Shown here piece by piece: positions 54,571-64,000 of a stretch of 64,000 nucleotides of DNA (the stretch's first letter is position 1; each line of letters opens with the position of its first letter). The notes under the pieces were generated by a model, which was not told the DNA's origin, ran no database searches, and was given only the letters and a program-made list of their open reading frames with translations. The stretch lies in the IMG/VR virus record IMGVR_UViG_3300047539_000162, positions 2,764-66,763 of that record; one strand, given 5' to 3'. A program made the position numbers and the translations under genes. Origin of the DNA: a virus. Taxonomy: Duplodnaviria; Caudoviricetes.

Positions 54571-56486
54571 AGAAATTTGTAATCTGCATTCTCTTCACAT
54601 TTGGGTTAGTGGCCAGGGCACAGAATGTTAACTTTTCAAATACCGTCCCGGCTGCTCCTTCAGGTAGTGTCAACGTCATCTGGCAGCATGACGAAAGCAA
54701 CCCTGCCAATGTATCGGCGTATGTCCCGTTGTCGAGTTTGACCGGAAACTCTTTCGACAACCTTTACATCCTTTCGTCGTCAAATCCTACCTTGTTTTTC
54801 TCTGTTCCGGGACATGTAGCAGGCGAGCTTGAGTTGACTGGTAGCGGGACATTTGACCTTGGGTCCGGCCCCTTGGGCAGCTACAACGGAACGTTATGGC
54901 TCGCCGATCTACATGCTACGGATAACGTGTATTCATCGGCAGGGCACTTCAACACTGTCACGCTCACAGCCGATCCGACAACAGCCATGCAAGCGGCAAC
55001 CAAGCAGTACGTGGATTCTCAGGGCAGTCCTCCTCTCGTGTTCAGCAATCTTGATGATTCTCTAACGAAGTGGAAGCCGGTCTGTGTTCTGCCTGCGTGT
55101 AATCCTGGTGGCACGGATATTCCTGCGTCAACTTCTCAGACCATAAACAATGTGTCACCCTCGCTCGATGGTCATTCGATGCGTATTTCAGAGACCACGA
55201 ATGCCTCGTCAACCCAGACTAACGCTCTGTGGGTATACTCGGCAGGCTCTTGCGATAGCTGCACTACGATTACCTCTGATTTCGAAGTCTACATCACGAA
55301 TGGAAGTGCGGCTGACAACATCGAATTCGATTCGTTCATCTTTGATGCCAGTGACTCGCTAGATTTCATGTTCGGGACTCAGTGCAACCAGACACTAGGG
55401 TTTTGGCAGATCGCCAATAATAGCAGTCCGTGGCAGACGTCTTCTGCCGCTTGCAACCTGACCTCTGGAGCTTGGCACCACATCGTTGAAACCTTTCACC
55501 GTGTCCCCGGTGATACCAGTTGTACCGGAGGTCTACCCTGCGAGCATTTTGACACCATTTCTGTGGACGGAAATGTAAACGTTATCAATATGTCCTATGT
55601 GGCAACGACCCTTCCAACTGGATGGGCTTCAACGTCGGGACTTCAATTCCAGATCGATATTGGTGCTACGAGTTCCGCTACAACTGTAGCTGAAAACCTT
55701 GACGAAATCAGTTTCGCGGAGGGACCGACCGCAGGATACCTGCCCATCGGTGGCGGCACAATCACAGGACCGATAACTGTGCCGCTCATAAATGGAATGA
55801 GCGTCACTTCTCTGGGCGTTGGGACTGGCTCAGAGAATCTAGGTGGCTCCCTCACAGCCTTTTCTACCGGCACCGGCAACTTGGCGGTGGGACCCGGTGT
55901 GCTCAACTCCAACACCACAGGCAGCAACAACGTGGGCGTTGGCCAGGGTGCTTTGTATGTCAACACAACCGGCACCAACAACGTGGCACTTGGTTTGAAC
56001 TCTCTGAATGCCAACACAACAGGAAATGAGAACGCTGGCATCGGACAAGGTTCTCTGGCTGCCCTGACAACCGGAAGCGATAACACAGGCGTTGGCAAGA
56101 CCACCTTGGCTCAGATTATCGCTGCCGCAGGCAACACAGCAATCGGTGATTATGCCGGATTCAATTCGTCAACACCGATGACGACCACCTCCTACTCGAC
56201 TTTCATCGGTCTGAATGCAAATGACAGTGTGAATGGTCTCACCAATGACACAGTCATCGGATACAACGCACAGGCCACCCAAAGCAACGAAATCATGATC
56301 GGCAATTCCGCCGTCACTGAGATGTGCTGGGCTGGTGGTCGTGCTTGCTGGTATAGCTCTTCGGGCGTACCGTCAGCCGCTCTTTGTGTGGCGGGCAACG
56401 TGGGCTCTCTGTACAGCAATACAGACGGCGGTGCGACAACGACCCTCTATGTCTGCACTGTAGCCGGAACCTGGACGGCCAAATAA
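54567..56486 (+). CDS. Adhesin/fibre-like protein: signal peptide, ConA-like domain, N..G repeats
   Basis: MKKFVICILFTFGLVARAQ; DPTTAMQAATKQYVD; repeated N.AVG..AL..NTTG units. Confidence 0.8.
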   Translation: MKKFVICILFTFGLVARAQNVNFSNTVPAAPSGSVNVIWQHDESNPANVSAYVPLSSLTGNSFDNLYILSSSNPTLFFSVPGHVAGELELTGSGTFDLGSGPLGSYNGTLWLADLHATDNVYSSAGHFNTVTLTADPTTAMQAATKQYVDSQGSPPLVFSNLDDSLTKWKPVCVLPACNPGGTDIPASTSQTINNVSPSLDGHSMRISETTNASSTQTNALWVYSAGSCDSCTTITSDFEVYITNGSAADNIEFDSFIFDASDSLDFMFGTQCNQTLGFWQIANNSSPWQTSSAACNLTSGAWHHIVETFHRVPGDTSCTGGLPCEHFDTISVDGNVNVINMSYVATTLPTGWASTSGLQFQIDIGATSSATTVAENLDEISFAEGPTAGYLPIGGGTITGPITVPLINGMSVTSLGVGTGSENLGGSLTAFSTGTGNLAVGPGVLNSNTTGSNNVGVGQGALYVNTTGTNNVALGLNSLNANTTGNENAGIGQGSLAALTTGSDNTGVGKTTLAQIIAAAGNTAIGDYAGFNSSTPMTTTSYSTFIGLNANDSVNGLTNDTVIGYNAQATQSNEIMIGNSAVTEMCWAGGRACWYSSSGVPSAALCVAGNVGSLYSNTDGGATTTLYVCTVAGTWTAK

Positions 56487-57403
56487 TGAAACACCTCATG
56501 CCAATCCAGCTAATCATGTATTTGCAGAGAACTGCAAACAATGTGCGTGCTGATCTCTTTACCATCAGCTTGCCCAATGGCCAGACTCTCTGTGCTACTG
56601 ATGCTCAGTTCGACATCACTGTTCCCAGTACGACTCCCGGATGGACAGGGTCTACTACGACGTTCTATGCCTCAAAGTGGGGGCAGTGGTCACGTGGGGC
56701 AATCACTTCCGATGCAAGTTTTGATTTACACAGCAACACAATGGACCTGACTTGCATTCCGCAACTGGACACCGTCTACCCAGGCACGTCTACGGGCATT
56801 CTGAATGCTGCGCTCAATGGATTGTTTGATGCTGCAAGCATCATGATTCAGACGGTGTACATGCCGATTGGCCTGCACGGAGACGTCAACTCCGGCGTGG
56901 AGACCAAGTTCTGGGGTCAGATTACCAGCATTCAAGAAATCAACCGAAACAAGATTGCGTTTCAGTGTGCTGACTACTGCTACCTGTTGAACGTCAAGGT
57001 TCCCACTCGCATCATTCAAGCGAACTGCCCCTGGGGATTTTGCGACGTCAACTGTGGGCTTTCAGCATCCTCGTACACGACTACCTTCACCGCTGCCACT
57101 GGTACAACGGGTTGGGTCATGGTTCCGGTCACAGCTTTCAGCCATCCAACAGGCTACTTCACGCAGGGTGTCGTTACCTGTCTGACCGGCTCAAACATCG
57201 GGTTGAGTCAGTGCGTCAAGCTACATGATTCCAGTGGACACCTCGAAGTCATGTATCCGTGGATATTCCCAGTGTCCGTTGGAGACACCTTCAGCGTTAT
57301 CGCCGGATGTGACAAAAGCCTGACTACGTGCGGCCAGAAGTTCTCAAACCAAGTTCGGTTCGGAGGGATGCCTCTAGTTCCGCCGCCGCAAGCGGCAGTA
57401 TAG
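56486..57403 (+). CDS. Baseplate hub/tip protein (DUF2163, BR0599-like)
   Basis: QANCPWGFCD..CG, GYF..G, GD.F....GCDK...TC..KF.N..RFGG.P.VP. Confidence 0.88.
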   Translation: MKHLMPIQLIMYLQRTANNVRADLFTISLPNGQTLCATDAQFDITVPSTTPGWTGSTTTFYASKWGQWSRGAITSDASFDLHSNTMDLTCIPQLDTVYPGTSTGILNAALNGLFDAASIMIQTVYMPIGLHGDVNSGVETKFWGQITSIQEINRNKIAFQCADYCYLLNVKVPTRIIQANCPWGFCDVNCGLSASSYTTTFTAATGTTGWVMVPVTAFSHPTGYFTQGVVTCLTGSNIGLSQCVKLHDSSGHLEVMYPWIFPVSVGDTFSVIAGCDKSLTTCGQKFSNQVRFGGMPLVPPPQAAV

Positions 57404-57411
57404 GTGTGATC

Positions 57412-57865
57412 ATGCTATCTACCGAACAACGCGAAGCTGTAGTCACCGAGGCTCTCTCGTGGATTGGTACACCCTATCGTGGGTGGAGTTGCGTAAAACA
57501 TTGCGGGGTTGATTGCGGGCAACTTCTCTACGGCGTCTATCACAATTGTGAACTCATCCCCGAACTCACGCTGCCCACTGACTACCCTCTGTTCATCGGG
57601 CTTCACAGAGCATCTACAGAATATGTGGACTTGGTGCTGAAGTTCTTCCGTGAGATCCCTGAGTCGCGAAGTGCAGCCGGGTGACTTGGTGGTCTGGAGA
57701 CTGACCGGATCAAAGTCGTACTGCCATGGAGCCATCATCAAGTCATGGCCTGACTACTTCATTCATGCCTATGGCGACTGCGTGAAAGCAGGGAATGCTA
57801 GAACGAGACTGAGATTCCTCAAGTCGGAGAAGCTCTTCTTCACTCTGAAAGACGGGGTGAAATGA
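57412..57865 (+). CDS. NlpC/P60 tail-associated protein, +1 indel near 57665
   Basis: A.SWIGTPY...G.DCGQL; the second frame gives PGDLVVW...HGAI...FIHA. Confidence 0.85.
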
Positions 57866-60803
57866 TGGGAAACATTCTTGGCGGTGGAAATAGCAACAAC
57901 AAGCCAGAGAAAGCTCTTCGGGGTCAAGATCAATACGAGCGATCTGGGCAAGCCCCTGACTGTCATCATGGGATGTGCCAAGACCAACCAGCTTATCTTC
58001 TGGATTGACGGGTTCACTGCGACGCCGGACTCCAGCGGCAAGAAGGGTGGCGGAGGTGGAGGTAAGGGAGGTGGCAAGGGAAGACGGTCAGTACCTCTAC
58101 TCCGCTGATGTCGTGGTTGGACTTATGCGCAGGCCCGATCTCAGGCATTGGTGACGTGTGGACTGGCCAGAGTTGGCTGGGATCTCCCACGGCTAACGAA
58201 AGCTATACCATTGCAGGACCGTCCTACAGCTACACTCCGGCGAATGCTGCCGCCCTGACCAACGACTATGGCGTGTCCCCGGTTTCAACCTACTCGGCAT
58301 CCTACAGTGACTACAGTGCTCCTGGCACCACGACAGTAAGCAACACGACTTCGATTCCGTTCAACAAACTGGCCTATGGTTCCACCCTCACTGCTGGCAC
58401 CTACTCCGTCAATCCCTCCACAGGAGCCTACAACTTCTCAGTGCCGCGAACGTGGGTCAGACTGTAAATCTCCTATGGTTTCTTACTGACCACCATCAAT
58501 CAGCAGGAGAACGACCTCGTACCTTCCGGATGCACCATTCAGGTGGGTGGCTCCTACGCCTTCGAAGCCGACTTGGGTGTGAAATATGCCGGCTCGGGTA
58601 GTGACTCAGGAAATGCTCTCTCAAGAGTGGGTGGAACTCCGTATGTCGCTGGAACTTATTCCGTGAGTGGCTCGGAACCTGCCACTTACCGATTTGCTCC
58701 AGCGGATATCGGTGCTGAAGTCACCATCACGTTCCAGATTCAAAATCTCAACGCGGTGGGTCAGAATGAATCCACCATGCTGGACTTCACGCTCAGCACT
58801 GGAAACATCGGCCAGTCAGCCTTCAGCTTCTTGCAGGGGAGCTTCCCTGGTGCAGCCTTGGGGTACAGCGGCTGTGCCACTCTCCTCTATGAGCCGATGG
58901 ATTTTGGCATGGGCGGCGAACCTCAGCAGAACAGCTTCGAGGTCATCACGCCCGACATCTACGGCGGAGTGTATGCCAGTGGTGGACCCATCCTTGACTG
59001 TAATCCAGTGCAGTGTCTGACGCGGGTTCTCACTGACACGCAATGGGGTCTGGGAGTAGGAGCCATTCCATTCCCGGCTGCATTCATAGACAACGGCCAA
59101 ACGGGACGTGGGGCACTCCCGGAACTCCGTCAGTACAACAGGTTGGGCCGACTGCGTGGAATTGGTTCGCGGCGAACAACTTCTTCATCAGTCCGGTTCT
59201 TGACTCGCAGGATACAGCCGACTCAACCATGGCGAAGTGGTTGGAAGCTGGAATGTGTGCGGCTTTCGTCAGCGAGGGTTTGCTCAAGCTGGTTCCGTTC
59301 GGTGATACCACCCAAGCTGCCAACGGCTGCACATGGACTGCTCCCAGCGGAATACATCGTGGCGCTTGACGATACCTGCTTTATCGCCAAGGAGGGAGTC
59401 GATCCTGTAAAGATCACTCGTAGCGCATGGCAGGATGCCTTCAATACTGTGCAGGTGCAATGGGACAATCGGACAATCAGTATGCCAACGAAATAACTGA
59501 AGAGTCCGACCAGAGCCTAATCAATCGCTACGGCTCACGCATCGAAGATCCACAAGATTGGAATTTCATCCACACCCTCTGACCGCTGCAACCTTTGCGG
59601 CCAACATGCGCCTGAAGCATGGCACCTACATCCGCAACACGTACGAATTCACTCTGCCATACGTCTACTCGTACCTTGAGCCAATGGACCTCGTTACGCT
59701 CAATACAACCAGCGTGTGGGCGCAGGGCATCAACAACATCAACCTCGGAGTGGTCAATCTTCCAGTCCGGATCACCAAAATTGTTGACGACCCGACTGAG
59801 GGCTGAAGATCGAGGCGGAAGATTATCCGTTCGGTGCGGGTTGCCCACTTTGTTTGCCAAGGGTCAGTCGATTTCCTCGGTTGTGTCCTACCCTCTTGCT
59901 TCTCCTGGAAATTCAGAAGTTGTCATGTTCGAGGCCGCAGGACGCATTGTCGGATTTGGTGGAAACCAGATTTGGATGGGTGCCTGTGGTTCAGGTGATA
60001 ACTACGGGTCAACCAATGTATGGGTTTCTCAGGACAATGTCAACTATGTTCAGGTTGCCTCTCTTCACACTCCCTCCGTTCTTGGCGAGTTGGTAGCAAC
60101 CTTCCCTTCGGGAAGTGATCCTGACACGACCCACTCTCTTGTCGTTCAACTTGCTGAGAACTGCCCTGCTCTCGCGTCAGGGACGACCGCAGCCGCTGAT
60201 AACGACACCATGCTCTGCTACGTGGATGGAGAAGTTATCTCCTACAGTGCGTGTGCTCTCACAGGACAGAACGTTTACACAGCGGGAACCTATATCCGCC
60301 GTGGCCAGTTGGGTACACCGATTAGTTCTCACGCTGTTGGCTCTCTGTTTCTGAGGCTGGACGCCTCCATCTTCAAGTACACCTACGATCCTGTTTGGCA
60401 GGGAAAGACCGTCTATTTCAAATTTCAGGCGGTGAACTCGTTTGGTAACAATCCTCAACCACTGAGCAACTTGTCGGCTGTCGTCTTCTACATCGGCTCG
60501 ACCAACAGTGGTGCGATTGACGCAGAAACAGGATTAGTCTCTCCAACAGCCGTCGCCGGTCTTAGCTCCAGCATTTCAACCATCAGTTCTAGTGTCGGAA
60601 CTCTCAGCTCCGACGTAGTTGGAACAATCAGCTCCGACCTTGGAACCAAGGCCCCGCTCGCAAGCCCAACCTTCACTGGTGGCATAGCTGTAGTTGGTCT
60701 TCCTGTGTATGCAACCAATGCAGCAGCGATTACAGGAGGTTTGGCAGCCGGGGATTTCTACAGGACCGGAGCCGATCCCGATCCTATCTACGTGGTTCAT
60801 TGA
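57862..60803 (+). CDS. Tail tip / host-specificity protein broken by at least six indels
   Basis: Consecutive fragments 57878-58108, 58108-58467, 58543-59496, 59043-59369, 59558-59806 and 59619-60803 can be joined by 1-nt edits. Confidence 0.8.
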
Positions 60804-60880
60804 CATGAAGTTCATAACCCCTATGTAGAAGGCGCTGGCCCCGGAAAGCTCATTCGCCCTGTCAGTGGATAGGAGTTGTC

Positions 60881-61282
60881 ATGGAAGACAACCGTGACGA
60901 TCTCGCAACGAAGATTGCAGTTCTGGAAGCCACGTTCACAACCTGGCAGAAAATGTCGGCAGAAGGGAAAGTGGCAATTCTAGAAGCCCAGTTTGAAACC
61001 TGGCAGAAGGCTCACGCCACTGAGCACACTCTCGAAGCGAAAGCTGTTGAGCTTGCATACCACGCCATCGAAGGAAAGATGGTTGAACTGAATGATGTGC
61101 GCCACAGATTTGTAGACAAAGAGTGGTTCGAGAAAGTTCATGGGGCGGCGGAAGCAAGAGTTGCAATTCTCGAAGAATGGCGCTGGAAGATCATCGGAAT
61201 GCTGATTGCGTCTACAACTATCGCTTCTGGCATCGGCGGTGTCATCGGTTGGGCGCTGTCACTGTATTACATGCACAAGTAG
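60881..61282 (+). CDS. Coiled-coil protein with a C-terminal TM (holin/XhlA-like lysis component)
   Basis: AGGAG RBS; the first gene of the lysis cassette. Confidence 0.65.
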   Translation: MEDNRDDLATKIAVLEATFTTWQKMSAEGKVAILEAQFETWQKAHATEHTLEAKAVELAYHAIEGKMVELNDVRHRFVDKEWFEKVHGAAEARVAILEEWRWKIIGMLIASTTIASGIGGVIGWALSLYYMHK

Positions 61283-61287
61283 GGACC

Positions 61288-61664
61288 ATGGGTTGGATTT
61301 ATCAACAGAGCACCGGTCAACTCACCAACCCATCAGGAACTGTCATCGGAGTTGGCTACAGCGGTAATGGTGCAGACCTCAACAACCCGGCTGGCCAAGG
61401 GGATGTTGGCCACGGTCCATGCCCACAGGGAAAGTGGACCATCGGACCATTCTTTGACGATCCGGAAAAGGGGCGAATTGTTGCCCATCTGCACTCCTTG
61501 CCCCGGCAATGACATGGACGGTCGCGTTGGCGGCTTCATGATTCACGGCGACAATCCCGCGATGAATCACACGGCTTCAGCGATGGCTGCATTATCCTCT
61601 CCCGCCCTCTGAGAGAGGCGATTCAAGCAAGCGGGGACACAAGGGTCTGGAGGTGGTTGCATGA
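61288..61664 (+). CDS. Tlde1/DUF2778-like peptidoglycan enzyme (putative endolysin), frameshifted
   Basis: W.YQQSTG.L, GYSG.G...NNP, GP.PQG.W.IG, F.IHGDN, and a shifted AS-DGCII. Confidence 0.75.
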
Positions 61665-61881
61665 ATGTCCCATATCAGTGGCTATCTGGGTTTCTACGTC
61701 GATCAACATGGTTGCGTCGGCATTGGTGCAGTCATTGCCCACACCAACCACAGCATCAAGCGTTTGGTATGTCTTCATCTACAAGTTTCTGAGTCTGCTG
61801 ATCGCAGACTTCAAGTCCCTCACGGCATCGTTGCCTCCGCCGGTAATCACGGTGGGCACCAAGGAGCCTCCGAAGAATTAG
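61661..61881 (+). CDS. Small membrane protein (holin-like), 5' indel
   Basis: Hydrophobic ORF overlapping the endolysin stop. Confidence 0.5.
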
Positions 61882-61888
61882 GAAGGAG

Positions 61889-62083
61889 ATGATCCATATC
61901 TACAGAGCACCCGGCTGCGATGCTGGGTGTTTCTGTCTGGAAGGCAACCTAACCTTCTACTCATCTTTGGCCAAATCCGCGCACTTATCCACGTTAATTG
62001 GTACTCCTTCTGGAACAGAAGAGGAATCCATAAGGGTCAAGGAGAATGAGCCTACGAGGGCACCGCGATTGGGGGGTAGCTGA
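61889..62083 (+). CDS. Small hypothetical protein
   Basis: 64 aa, GGAG RBS. Confidence 0.35.
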   Translation: MIHIYRAPGCDAGCFCLEGNLTFYSSLAKSAHLSTLIGTPSGTEEESIRVKENEPTRAPRLGGS

Positions 62084-62084
62084 A

Positions 62085-62674
62085 ATCCTTAGATGTCATG
62101 ACGCGGATAACCCGGCACGGTTCAACAAGAGCGTCCTGCCAATCAGCAATCATCTTCCCATTATTATCGCCAGGGCGTAGTGGTTTACTTGGTGGCCCAT
62201 AGGTGCCAGTCACCGCATCGACGTACTTGCCGAGTTCGAAGGGCTGAATCCAAAAGACAAGATCAACAATCTGCCGTGCTTAAAACTCACCATCATATCC
62301 GAAACACCGGGGTCTGGAGTCTCTTTTGTTGAGCATACTTCCCAATCGTTATGTTCGCAATCCAGCGTGCCATAACCTATCGCTTTGAGCTTAGCCGTAA
62401 CTCGCCTGCGATTCGCCGAGTTCGATGCCTCGATAAGAGTAAATCCCGGGATGTGCCGGTATCCCGATAGAGACCGTTTCTGAAGTATTTGGAGTTTGCG
62501 CCTTTGAGAGGTCAGCGCCCGCTGGAGCTACAGGCGTCTGCGGTTGTTCAACATGCGCCCTGGCTGCCTCCGTAACGGTATTTGGACTGTGTTCAGCCTT
62601 GTGAGACAGCCACAGCGCAATGCCAATGCCCCAAGCGCAACGAGAACAGATACAGCAATAACGATCTTACGCAT
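62085..62674 (-). pseudogene. Multiply frameshifted secreted/membrane protein
   Basis: MRKIVIAVSVLVALG start at 62674 after GGAG; protein-like fragments in shifting frames; left end approximate. Confidence 0.4.
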
Positions 62675-62834
62675 ACTCAGGCTCCCCTAAAGCCTCGCAC
62701 CACGTAAATCAGCTAATTAAACTGAGTCCATTTTGGGCCTTCTGGCCTGGAGAGCCTTCATTTCTTGGAGTACGCCATCCTCCCGGGCCCTTCAAGCGTA
62801 AACTCTGCTCCAATTCAGTGCGTTCCTCAAGGGG

Positions 62835-63394
62835 TCAGAGCCATTTTGCAACGCCCCCATGATGGGAGCAAGTCCCACTTCGATGCTGACTGAAGCTGTA
62901 GGTTCCATCTGCACACTGCGCTGTTGCTCCTGCTGGAGCACCGCCATTGAATATGCTGGCGAATGAACCTGATGACCGTCACTGTTTGTGTAATGGTTGT
63001 CATTGCTCAACTGTGGCTGAGGCGCAGATTGTGTCTTTGGGACATACCAACTAGCCGCATTGTGGAGTACGATTTCCGCCCCATCGCGATACTGGACAAC
63101 GGAACCAATGACGCAAAGCTGCCCTCTGGCCGGTAGAAAGCCTACACTTCCTTTGTCGCGCTCCCAGATAACCACCGTCATAGACTGGTTTGGATACGGC
63201 TTATCCAAGTCAATGAATGTCGGCGTTCCCTGAGTTCGGGAAGCAACGTGTTTGCTCGCAACTACCCCACAAACGGTGGCTTTCTCTCCGATGTGGTTTT
63301 TCGCATCTGCTGCCTGGATGGTTTGAGCCAATGCTGATGAGAAGGCTATCGACAGCAGAAAACATGTTACTGTAAACGTTCGCAACGATTTCAT
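62835..63394 (-). CDS. Secreted OB-fold protein with a C-terminal DUF3761 domain (1-nt frameshift near 62950)
   Basis: A.NHIGEKATVCG.V...TFIDL.KPYPNQ; VHSPAYS continues in another frame as GAPAGATAQCADGTYSFSQHRSGTCSHHGGVAKWL. Confidence 0.8.
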
Positions 63395-63403
63395 TCTTGC
63401 CTC

Positions 63404-64000
63404 CTAGGTCAGCGACAATGTGAAGATGTACCTTGGTAGGCACTTTCCTGAAGACGAATGGGCTTGCATAGTTGGAGCATGCAAACCTATCACCGTGTGC
63501 ATGTTGAGTTGGGGAGGAGAGACGGGCGGCAGGTGGCCGAGATGTTGAGCAAGGGGCGGGAGTCGGCGCGAGTGCTGCGGCGAGCTTCCATTTTGCGCCA
63601 GCTCGACGGTGGGCAGAGGGTAGCGCAGGTGGCCGAGAACGCCGGCGTAGCGCCGAAGACGGTGCGCGCCATCGCCCGGCGCTACGAGGACGAGGGACTG
63701 GATTCGGCTCTTTACGAAAAACCGCGTCCGGGCCAGACGCGGGTCCTGAACGCGGGGCAGAAGCAGCGGATCGTGGCCATGGTTTGCGGGCCGCCGCCGG
63801 AGGGCCGGGCGCGGTGGAGCGTACGGTTGATCACCGAGGAAGCGGCGAAACGGAAGCTGGGGCCGCCGGTGAGCCGGGAAACCATCCGTATCCTGCTGGA
63901 GAACCATGAACTGAAGCCATGGCGGGAAAAAAATGTGGTGTATCGCGGAGTTGAACGCGGAGTACATCGCGCGCATGGAAGACGTTCTGGCTCTCTATGA
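63404..64000 (+). mobile_element. Second copy of the IS630 at 15394 (truncated by the window end)
   Basis: Begins at CTAG 63404; ORF translations are identical to copy 1; the same A7 is at 63927-63933. Confidence 0.95.

Larger units (their letters stand above)
30006..64000 (+). mobile_element. HK97-like siphoviral prophage (right end not reached)
   Basis: int-xis, replication, HNH-terS, capsid, terL, portal, protease, neck, tail, tape measure and lysis genes in one run. Confidence 0.93.

Overview
Accessory, mobile-DNA-rich window, probably from an Acidobacteriota (Terriglobia-like) genome; the taxonomy is inferred from recalled small-protein families, not from a search. It has three parts. 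(1) About 1-18 kb is a patchwork of small hypothetical, membrane and secreted genes, gene relics (SRAP, Hsp20, csp) and IS elements: two IS630 at CTAG, and one IS1182-like element that splits a Zn-finger gene. (2) About 18-30 kb is a probably decaying integrative island. It carries a serine recombinase, a Mrr-like nuclease / membrane protein / class III nucleotide-cyclase trio, and an xis/tyrosine-integrase pair ending at a 17-bp tRNA-Ser 3' fragment (30006-30022). (3) From 30 kb to the end is an HK97-like siphoviral prophage, almost entirely on the + strand: int, xis, an array of small ORFs each preceded by a conserved hairpin-RBS repeat, replication initiator, HNH, terS, major capsid (unusually between terS and terL), terL, portal, Clp protease, neck, a Ser/Thr-rich repeat protein, a GT2 glycosyltransferase inside the tail operon, tail genes, lysis genes, cargo, and a second copy of the IS630 at 15394. 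Many single-base indels in short runs break the capsid, tail-tip and lysis genes, and most look like consensus errors. Best leads: the hairpin-RBS cassette array, the Mrr/TM/cyclase trio, the GT2 plus S/T-repeat virion protein, the relocated capsid gene with a shared late motif, and an RBS-overlapping pseudoknot.
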